Source: Pseudobacteriovorax sp. (lineage in GTDB: Bacteria > Bdellovibrionota_B > Oligoflexia > Oligoflexales > Oligoflexaceae). Taken from it: a stretch of 24,855 bases of DNA. Under the pieces are notes generated by a model. The model did no database searches and was not told the DNA's origin. It saw only the letters and a list, made by a program, of their open reading frames with translations. The stretch covers positions 1-24,855 of the forward strand of contig JBNKNM010000070.1 in the NCBI GenBank assembly GCA_050293845.1, given 5' to 3'. This document shows positions 9,488-17,129 of this stretch, in pieces (position 1 is the first letter of the stretch; every line of letters starts with the position of its first letter). The translations under genes were made by a program, and so were the position numbers.

Positions 9488-10140
9488 AATTAGTTGACTT
9501 GGCAAATCAACCTGATGAAGAAAGTCTAACTTCATTTTATATCAGCTTTTCAGATTTAATGGTACTGCTAGGGGTTTTTTTTGTGATGCTCATTTCAATG
9601 AGCAAAATCGACATTGGCTCCTTCGAAAAAATTAAAACAAGTTTTTCTGGAGATACTGAAGGCACCTTAATTGAACTCGCTGCCGAACTGAAAGAAATTG
9701 TAGAAGGGGTCCCAGGCGTTCCTGGTGTTACAGTCCACATGGCTGAAGATGGGGTTCGGCTAAATTTAGACACAGGAACCCTCTTCGAATCAGGGAGCGC
9801 CAAACTAAAGCCCAATAGTTTGGACCCCCTTAAGCCCCTTCTTACCAGTATCGAAGCCACTGCATACACCATTGACGTGGAAGGTCATACCGATGATGTC
9901 CCATTGTATCGATTTTATGACTTAGATGGGGAAAGAAACTTAGAAACTAATTGGTCACTCAGTGGTCGTCGGGCGAGCGCTGTTATCCATTTTTTGTTGA
10001 AATTCGGCATTGGCAAATCTCGCATACGACTCGTTGGCTATGCAAGTACCCGGCCCATGACTTCATTGGAGGGGAAAGAGGGAGATGCTTTACAAGCTGC
10101 CCGTGCGGAAAACCGACGAGTTTCATTGTTGATAAAGTAA
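9484..10140 (+). CDS. MotB/PomB-like subunit with OmpA-like peptidoglycan-binding domain
   Basis: TM ISFSDLMVLLGVFFVMLISMS with the essential Asp (D24), plug-like helix, and OmpA-C motifs LFESGSA.L, VEGHTDDVP, NWSLSGRRA, ENRRV. ATGA overlap with the upstream gene. Confidence 0.92.
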   Translation: MKLVDLANQPDEESLTSFYISFSDLMVLLGVFFVMLISMSKIDIGSFEKIKTSFSGDTEGTLIELAAELKEIVEGVPGVPGVTVHMAEDGVRLNLDTGTLFESGSAKLKPNSLDPLKPLLTSIEATAYTIDVEGHTDDVPLYRFYDLDGERNLETNWSLSGRRASAVIHFLLKFGIGKSRIRLVGYASTRPMTSLEGKEGDALQAARAENRRVSLLIK

Positions 10141-10153
10141 CCCTTGGGGAGAA

Positions 10154-13100
10154 TTGGTTTTGGTGCGGATATTGTCAAAGGAATCGGCTAAAAAAGGGTT
10201 AACGGCTAAATTTGACCGTAAAAACCGGTTTAGCATTCGCAAAACGCTAAGCAATACTGGTATGTATCAATACTTCTTTGCAAATACAGCCCTAAATGAA
10301 GAACTGATCATTCCTCATTTTTTATTTGACCGCTTTCGCATCAACCTTATGGAAATCAAGCATATTCTTGAAGAAGCATCGATTATCAATAAAGATATTG
10401 ACACTAGATTGTTTTTTAAGGAGCAGCAATACTACCGTTTTAAGTACTCAACCCATACTTTAAATCAAATTGTAATTTCCGACCTATCAAAACCCAAGCA
10501 CCTTCATATTGATAAGGAGGCTATTAATGTCGTCATTGAATTACTTTATCACCAAAAGTTAAAGCATGCCAATGGCACATTCGATCGTATCATCAATTAT
10601 CATGGATTATTTCAATTCACTTTCAATGAAGGTAGTGAAAGTATTTCTAGCGGACTAACCTTAAGAAAGAATATTCTCACACATATTGAAGATTACATTC
10701 CGTTGGAAAATCGTCGCGATGTTCTTAGCAATATCATTTCTACAGTAAAGCCCGAAAATGTCGAGCTAAAAGGCATTGCTCCCAACGGCAATAAAAAAAC
10801 AACTAAAAAAAATTCTACTTTCCGCTCCAAATTAGGAGAACGAAGTGGCCAAGATAATTACACCGTAGACTATGATAGTTTGTTTGATGCTAATCAAAAA
10901 GGTACAGCCAGAGAGGTAAGCCCTACTTTACCGCGCACCATGCTGACCGCTGAAAGCAACTGTTTTGGGATACCACTTTTAGCAAGTGATATTAAAGCAA
11001 GTAATACATCTATTTTTAAATGTGAACTTTCTCAAGAAGAGGCCTCTACTTTTCGTGATAGTTTTCTTGGAGATCGGGATTCTGTCATAATGTTAGGTTT
11101 TGAGATTTTTTCAGCTGTATTCAAACACGGAGGAAAGCTCAAAAGTTTTAGGTTTCCTCTTTACTTCATGAATGTAAAAATTGATGAATCCGGTAGAAAT
11201 CTCCATATTCACCCTCCCAAAGATGGTGATATCTACCTCAATCACTTAGGACTTGCGGCATTTGTAGAGCGTTTTGCCAAAGATAATAAAGATGAAGCTA
11301 TGGATAAATTCTTCCATAATTTCAGCTCTCAAAAAATTGAAGTTGATAAGGAACTTCATACCATACGTATCCATCGACAACTCCCGTACAGCGATGAAGT
11401 GTTCACCCAAACCCGTGAAATTCTGATAGGAAAACAAGGAGAAAATGGTCATGGAGGATTATTAGAAAATTTAAATGTATTAGGTATAGAATGTGACTTA
11501 GAATCAGTTTACCTGTATAAAACACCACGTAATCCTTCTCCTCTCGTACGATCCCTGGAACAGGATCTTGTTCGCACTCAGGAAATATCTCAGGATAACC
11601 CTGAAAGATTTTATCGAAGCCTATTAGGTCAATTCTTTAATCCCGAACGCCACAAAGAAGATCGTCAATTAAACAAATTCTGCGAAACCACTTATTTTCC
11701 CGGCGCTATTCCCCGAGCTACTAAAAAGTTAATTAACAATCTAAATGAGCATAATTTGGTCTTATTAGAGGGACCTCCTGGTACGGGAAAAACCTTTACC
11801 ATACTGAATCTCTTAATTCACTGCATCAACAATAAGCAGCGCTTACTTATCGTAAGTGATCAAAAAGCTGCGATTCATGCATTGACTGAGAAACTAGAAG
11901 AGTATTTAATTGGTAACGATAGAAACTCCCCCTTGTCAAAGCGTAATATGAATCTTCTCAAAGGTGCTTTAAAAGTTATCGACGAAGTACCCGACCCCAG
12001 CGACAGCTTGAATCAGTGGGTCAGCAAAGTGATCAAACTTCTCCAGCTTGAGCAAACCAGAGACTTTGATGGTGCTGAGGAATATAAAACAGTAGTAGAC
12101 CGCATTGCTAAAATCGATAAAGATATTGCTTCAAGAAAAGAAATGATCAAAAACAACCTATCAGAACTTTGGCCTGGAGATAGTAAGTTAAAGACTAGCC
12201 CCAAACATTTCCACCCCACCACCGTTGATGATATCAATAGTCTCATACAATACATTGAATTTATCGGTTCAGGTGAACATAGTAAGGTCAACAAAGTTAA
12301 AAACTACGACCGACAAAGAAGTATTACCAAAACATTTATCGAAAATAGATCTGAGATGTCTGCTGATAAGTTAGGGGGGTGTTATAGCGATTTTAAGATA
12401 GATGTCAGTAATGATGCCCGGATCATGGATTTCATTAATAGTCATATCTCCCTCCTTTCTTCATTGCTTACACAAAAACCAAAATCTGAACAGGAATTCA
12501 AACCGTTGTTTAAGGATAGTATAGATTCCGCAACGATGCGCTATCTCTACCAACAATTCAAGACAATTTTTACAGAGGATCTCCCGATTCATAAAAAACT
12601 TACTTATAGAATATCTCATCCCTGTATACCCTTATGGAAAAAGCTTGAAAAATTTTGGCACGACCAAAAGGAACTGTATGATATGCTGATCGATCATCCC
12701 CATCGAGAAGGTATCTTGCGCCAGTATCAAGAAATCCATGAAGCCTTGGACCCCGATGAAACCTTTAAAAACCAGAGTACAGCCCTTGAAGTATCTCATT
12801 TCAGTATTGCCTACAATGATACACCTCAAACCATTCTTGAGACTCTGCTAGAGTTGCAAAAACTACAGGCAAAAAGAGATGATGAATGCCGCAAACTGCT
12901 CATTTCAAGGTTAGCGGAGATCAATGATCATGTTTTACTCACGAAACAGGGAAAAGGACCCAGCCCCACGACAGCAATAGCTAACACTTTGGATGCATTA
13001 AAAGAATGCAGCTCCATTGATACCGGAACGGGAGTTCCCCTGGTAAAAGAGCTACAAGAAAACCTAGCACAGCACTATCCCATCTGGATTTGTAGAAAAC

Positions 13101-14458
13101 AGGCGGTATCTTTCCTTTTTTCCACTCAGGAAGAACTGTTTGACCTTGTGATAGTCGATGAGGCTGGTCAGTGCCGTGTTGATGATGCCATGCCGTTGTT
13201 ATTTCGGGCTAAAAAACTAATGGTTGTTGGAGATGATAAACAGACAGTAATGGATAAAAATTCCATTATCGACGACTTTTTATTTAAAGATTTTGAACTT
13301 GATGAACACCTCAGAACTCTCCAAGCCCGAGGAGTCAAAGGCGGGGGATCAAATCTGTTTAGTATGGTTAAGTCAATTAAACAAGGTGGGGTCTTGCTAG
13401 ACGAGCATTATCGATGCCCCCCTTCGATTATTTCCTACAGTAATGAGTATGTGTATAATTCAGACTTAAAGATCATGCAATGGCAGCCCCCTGGAGCACC
13501 CCCTTCAGTTGTCGTGGACTATAGCGAAAGTGAAGTACAGGTTAGCTCCAAACCCACCAGCGGTAAGTTTAAAGGGATCGAAACTGATATGATCGACCGC
13601 TTCTTTGACTTTATTGGTAAAACTATTGTGAATATTGAAAAGGAGACAGACGAAAAAATCAACTTCGAAACAGACGTAGCTATATGCTACTTTCTTTTGA
13701 AAAATGAGCCATACATCAAAGAAAAGAAAAGCCTTTTCCTACAAAAAATGAAACGGGGCAATGATGTGCTAGATGGAGCAGGAGCAGCCCTGCAAGGAAA
13801 AGAAAGAAAATACATTTTCTATTTGTGGGATATCAACCGCTACAACCTTTCTTTCTTCAAGCAAGGCGATGACCCCGACAAGCGTAAAGGGGAACTCAAT
13901 GTGTTGATGAGCCGTCCTAAAGTAAGGGCCTACCATTACTTGCATAAGTCTTTTGCAAGCCTGAAACACGACCAGGCCACCATTTCTGACTACTTGTGGA
14001 AAACCTATCAAAGACAATCAGAAAAGAAAGAGAAGAAAATCTGGACCCCACGTACTAAAAAACCAGATCCCCGAAAACTTTCGTGGCAAAGATCCAGCGG
14101 ACAGGCCATTCACGGACTTTTGCAATTCTTATGGGAATCTCGCCATTGCCAATTGCAGGATAGCTACCAACCTCATTACAGCGTGGTCTTGGGAGATCCT
14201 AGACAAAAGATCGATCTTATATTAATACCCAAACAACAAGAGAATCAAAAGTCGATTGCCATAGTCGACTTAAGTGAATTTGCTGACCGTAAAAATCCTG
14301 AAGAGGATATAATAGATTATTTTTTCCAACTTCAGCGGGCCGTTCCCTCATTAGATCCCGTTTTTGCCTTCATTCATGAATTGGCTGATGAGCGTTACCT
14401 TCCTTATAGGCTTATCGAAGAAAAGGTACAAAAGTTCAAAAAGTCACCGGCAGCTTAA
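10154..14458 (+). CDS. Large SF1 (Upf1/DNA2-like) helicase with DUF4011-like N-terminal region and restriction-endonuclease-like C-terminus
   Basis: Walker A GPPGTGKT (11771-11794), motif Ia LIVSDQKAA, Walker B FDLVIVDEAGQ (DEAGQ 13157-13171), VGDDKQ, LDEHYRC, QGKE, LNVLMSR. The real start may be TTG 10160 or GTG 10163 given GGGGAG at 10146-10151. Confidence 0.9.
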   Translation: MVLVRILSKESAKKGLTAKFDRKNRFSIRKTLSNTGMYQYFFANTALNEELIIPHFLFDRFRINLMEIKHILEEASIINKDIDTRLFFKEQQYYRFKYSTHTLNQIVISDLSKPKHLHIDKEAINVVIELLYHQKLKHANGTFDRIINYHGLFQFTFNEGSESISSGLTLRKNILTHIEDYIPLENRRDVLSNIISTVKPENVELKGIAPNGNKKTTKKNSTFRSKLGERSGQDNYTVDYDSLFDANQKGTAREVSPTLPRTMLTAESNCFGIPLLASDIKASNTSIFKCELSQEEASTFRDSFLGDRDSVIMLGFEIFSAVFKHGGKLKSFRFPLYFMNVKIDESGRNLHIHPPKDGDIYLNHLGLAAFVERFAKDNKDEAMDKFFHNFSSQKIEVDKELHTIRIHRQLPYSDEVFTQTREILIGKQGENGHGGLLENLNVLGIECDLESVYLYKTPRNPSPLVRSLEQDLVRTQEISQDNPERFYRSLLGQFFNPERHKEDRQLNKFCETTYFPGAIPRATKKLINNLNEHNLVLLEGPPGTGKTFTILNLLIHCINNKQRLLIVSDQKAAIHALTEKLEEYLIGNDRNSPLSKRNMNLLKGALKVIDEVPDPSDSLNQWVSKVIKLLQLEQTRDFDGAEEYKTVVDRIAKIDKDIASRKEMIKNNLSELWPGDSKLKTSPKHFHPTTVDDINSLIQYIEFIGSGEHSKVNKVKNYDRQRSITKTFIENRSEMSADKLGGCYSDFKIDVSNDARIMDFINSHISLLSSLLTQKPKSEQEFKPLFKDSIDSATMRYLYQQFKTIFTEDLPIHKKLTYRISHPCIPLWKKLEKFWHDQKELYDMLIDHPHREGILRQYQEIHEALDPDETFKNQSTALEVSHFSIAYNDTPQTILETLLELQKLQAKRDDECRKLLISRLAEINDHVLLTKQGKGPSPTTAIANTLDALKECSSIDTGTGVPLVKELQENLAQHYPIWICRKQAVSFLFSTQEELFDLVIVDEAGQCRVDDAMPLLFRAKKLMVVGDDKQTVMDKNSIIDDFLFKDFELDEHLRTLQARGVKGGGSNLFSMVKSIKQGGVLLDEHYRCPPSIISYSNEYVYNSDLKIMQWQPPGAPPSVVVDYSESEVQVSSKPTSGKFKGIETDMIDRFFDFIGKTIVNIEKETDEKINFETDVAICYFLLKNEPYIKEKKSLFLQKMKRGNDVLDGAGAALQGKERKYIFYLWDINRYNLSFFKQGDDPDKRKGELNVLMSRPKVRAYHYLHKSFASLKHDQATISDYLWKTYQRQSEKKEKKIWTPRTKKPDPRKLSWQRSSGQAIHGLLQFLWESRHCQLQDSYQPHYSVVLGDPRQKIDLILIPKQQENQKSIAIVDLSEFADRKNPEEDIIDYFFQLQRAVPSLDPVFAFIHELADERYLPYRLIEEKVQKFKKSPAA

Positions 14459-14461
14459 ACA

Positions 14462-14660
14462 GGTCCGAAAATTTTCACCTGACCCTCCGTTCCTTCGAAA
14501 AAAAGCACCCTCATAGCAGAAGGTTAATTCCTGGCCTTTTTTCCCTAGTGCTATGGATGAAGCGCCTCTTTCCTTTCCCTTTTCACCTTTCCGTTCTATA
14601 TTAGCCTCGGTCCAAAAATTTATTACTGACGCAGCGTTACTTCGGCAAAAAATTACTCAT
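14462..14660. repeat. Degenerate ~52-bp direct repeat, two copies (14462-14514 and 14609-14660)
   Basis: ggtccgaaaattttcacctgaccctccgttccttcgaaaaaaag... versus ggtccaaaaatttattactgacgcagcgttacttcggcaaaaaa... 32 of the first 43 positions are identical by hand count, and both end in ctcat. Confidence 0.7.
14520..14542 (+). terminator. Weak candidate terminator after the helicase operon
   Basis: AAGGTTA-attcc-TGGCCTT stem (two G-U pairs) followed by TTTT. Confidence 0.3.
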
Positions 14661-14719
14661 TTACATTGATTAACACTGTCATTTTCCCTGTGTCTTGTGT
14701 TCACCTGAAAGGGTTTAAT

Positions 14720-15757
14720 TTGGCAGATTTTGTCCTTCGCATCTTTACGCTTTCCCAGTTGATCACAGCCGCTCTTGTCGCGCTGAAGGTAAAAAATAAG
14801 AACTTAGCTGTAAAAATCTTAGTACCATTTCTTCTGGCACTTGGCTGTTATGTGGCTCAACCCCTCGTTATCCATGAACTACCATTTACCATAAGCTCAT
14901 TACTGATAATGGGAGCTTTCACCATTCCTTTTCTCTTCTGGATGTTATGTGAGGCCATTTTTACCGATGGTTTCCAAATCAAAGCCCACCACTATACTTT
15001 TTTGCTTATATTTCTCATGCTGAGATGGATCATCTACTGGACGCTTCACCAGTCCGCTCATGATGCTATCCTTCCTACACGCTATCTAGTTGTTATACCA
15101 AAGATTTTAATCTTGTTTTGTGTGGCCATGGCTCTCAAAAAAACCATTTCCGACTGGCGTGACGACCTCGTGGAAGAACGCAGGCGTATCCGACTTTTTT
15201 TCCTAGTCATTTTAGGTAGCGAGATATTGGTGGTCACAGCTGTAGAAACTTACCTTTCACTACAGCACCTCGATGACCCTCCCATACTCGCATTGATACA
15301 CTCCATTTTTATGTTTTTACTAGGATTTTGGTTTTCCGTTCGGATGCTATCACTGGAAGCTCCCTTTTTGCTGCCGGCTCCCCAACGGGTCACAGTTGCT
15401 CCGAGCCCCCCTGAGTTCCCTTTGATCAAAAAGCTAAATGCTCTCATGAAGGATGAACAATTTTACCTTGAAGAGGGGCTTACCATAGGTAAGCTTGCCA
15501 AAAAACTTGGTGAACCTGAGTATCGTGTCCGCCTAGCGATCAACCAAGGTTTAGGCTTCAGAAACTTTAATTTCTATTTGAACTCCCTACGCATTGAAAC
15601 TGCGGCACAAATGCTACGGAGCCCAGAATTCCGCGATGATAAGATTCTTGCTATCGCCTTGCAAGTGGGCTACCGGTCCCTAGCTCCATTTAATAAAGCC
15701 TTCAAAGAGTCGTTCCAAATGACCCCCAGTGAGTACCGATCTCAGCACAAAGTCTAG
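14720..15757 (+). CDS. Membrane-anchored AraC-family transcriptional regulator
   Basis: About 6-7 hydrophobic helices, then AraC HTH motifs LTIGKLAKKLG..EYRVR.AIN..LGFRNF..YLN..RI and ILAIALQVGY.SLAPFNKAFK....TPSEYR. TTG 14720 (after AAAGGG) preferred over 14666. Confidence 0.9.
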   Translation: MADFVLRIFTLSQLITAALVALKVKNKNLAVKILVPFLLALGCYVAQPLVIHELPFTISSLLIMGAFTIPFLFWMLCEAIFTDGFQIKAHHYTFLLIFLMLRWIIYWTLHQSAHDAILPTRYLVVIPKILILFCVAMALKKTISDWRDDLVEERRRIRLFFLVILGSEILVVTAVETYLSLQHLDDPPILALIHSIFMFLLGFWFSVRMLSLEAPFLLPAPQRVTVAPSPPEFPLIKKLNALMKDEQFYLEEGLTIGKLAKKLGEPEYRVRLAINQGLGFRNFNFYLNSLRIETAAQMLRSPEFRDDKILAIALQVGYRSLAPFNKAFKESFQMTPSEYRSQHKV

Positions 15758-16121
15758 AATCAAAGTCTCACCCCAATCTTAAAACTGTGAGAATCATCAA
15801 ATAGAGAAATCAATCACTGCACAAATATACATTTAACAGTCTATATTTATTAAATTAATTCCTATTGATTCTCAAAAAGTTCCTTGATTTTAAAAAGCAT
15901 CACACTTTCGAACAATTCCATAGGAATTGGCATGTTTTTTTTACTTAAAATTAAACTACATGATAGCAACTTATCTTTCTTTATAATACAGGTATATTAT
16001 AACAAAAATACTACGCCAAGATATTAGTAAAGGCTCTATTATCTGGACATCTAATTTTACAAGATTTTTTTTAGCGTCAAGTACCAGCCATATTTTAGCT
16101 TATGGTATTTTCTCAAAAAAA

Positions 16122-16150
16122 TTGACACTAAGACAAATAGGCATTATGAG
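16122..16150 (+). promoter_or_regulatory. Candidate sigma70 promoter for 16229-16909
   Basis: Perfect TTGACA (16122-16127), 17-bp spacer, TATGAG (imperfect -10), with an A-tract upstream. Confidence 0.4.
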
Positions 16151-16228
16151 CACGGAACACCTCCATGATGAAGAGAAATTTATGACTTTAACCAAAACGG
16201 CAAGTAACAGTGGTAACAGGAGCGCAGC

Positions 16229-16909
16229 ATGAAGCATATTTTATTCCCAATAATTACAGTGTTATACAGTACTATTAGTTATGGCTACATTAAACAGGCT
16301 CCCGTATATAACCTTGATCACAAGAATCAAAAACTTCTGTACCATCTCAAAATAAAATACGACGATAACAGCGACCGTCCCCTCAGCTTGCAGTGGCTAT
16401 CGCCCCATGGCCCTGTAGATACAGAAAGTAACATTCATTTTGAAAATGGGAAATTTCATAGCTATAGCTATACCAGACACAATATATCAGAAGAGTCATC
16501 GGTGAGACGACAAGCTGATAAATTAATATTTACCAAAACTTATCAGGGAGAGACGCAAACAAAAGAATTTCCCTATAGCTCCAACTTTGTTACAGGTTCC
16601 TTAGCTTTTTTCTATATGCAGCAGCATTGGCAAGAATTAAACCATAAGGGTCGCCTGCCTTTAAGGTTTGGTGTTCTAGACTTACAAAAAGTCATCGATT
16701 TTGAAGCCATTGTAAGCTCCCATAGTCAAGAACAAGTTAAAGTTTTGCTGCAGCCTGAGAGCTTTATCATTAAAATGTTTGTCAATCCTATTGAGGTTTT
16801 ATTTTCAAAGGACGGTAAAAAAATATTAAGTATTTCTGGGCGAACACTACCAGTAATAGAAATGGATGGTAAAATCCAACCCGTGGAGGCTGAAATCAAC
16901 CTCAGATAA
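16229..16909 (+). CDS. Secreted hypothetical protein (beta-rich)
   Basis: AGGAG SD, signal peptide MKHILFPIITVLYSTISYG, 226 aa, no motif I can name confidently. Confidence 0.75.
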   Translation: MKHILFPIITVLYSTISYGYIKQAPVYNLDHKNQKLLYHLKIKYDDNSDRPLSLQWLSPHGPVDTESNIHFENGKFHSYSYTRHNISEESSVRRQADKLIFTKTYQGETQTKEFPYSSNFVTGSLAFFYMQQHWQELNHKGRLPLRFGVLDLQKVIDFEAIVSSHSQEQVKVLLQPESFIIKMFVNPIEVLFSKDGKKILSISGRTLPVIEMDGKIQPVEAEINLR

Positions 16910-16955
16910 ATCTCGTAGCACGAGACAGTGCTATTCCTATCTTTAAATCATAATT

Positions 16956-16983
16956 GAAAGAAGGGAGATACCTTCTTTCTTAT
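16956..16983 (+). terminator. Probable terminator of 16229-16909
   Basis: Perfect 9-bp stem GAAAGAAGG-gagata-CCTTCTTTC with a pyrimidine-rich 3' arm followed by TTAT. Confidence 0.55.
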
Positions 16984-17078
16984 GCATTTCACGACTTTTC
17001 AAACCTTTTAAAAATGTAAGAATATGGGCATCCCCCATTAACAGCTATAGAACTCCAGCAGCTTCTCCGAAGTTAGCG

Positions 17079-17102
17079 AGATAGGAGTTAGAACTCCTAT
17101 CT
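17079..17102. promoter_or_regulatory. Perfect 11-bp inverted repeat upstream of the lipoprotein gene
   Basis: AGATAGGAGTT-ag-AACTCCTATCT, ending 27 bp before the ATG at 17130. Confidence 0.55.
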
Positions 17103-17129
17103 ATGACTGATAACTGCTTGTAGGAAACT

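Noticed and set aside
9571..9582. G4T8 homopolymer in the motB-like TM coding region as a phase-variation site
   Set aside because: It encodes the conserved VFF, and T8 runs are common in this AT-rich sequence.
8705..10140. Calling the pair canonical zorA/zorB or flagellar motA/motB
   Set aside because: There is no ZorA tail and no ZorC/D/E. The FliG-contact motif is degenerate and there is no flagellar context, so no gene symbol was assigned.
15758..16228. Long AT-rich intergenic region as a CRISPR leader or ncRNA
   Set aside because: No repeat-spacer array, cas genes or strong structure.
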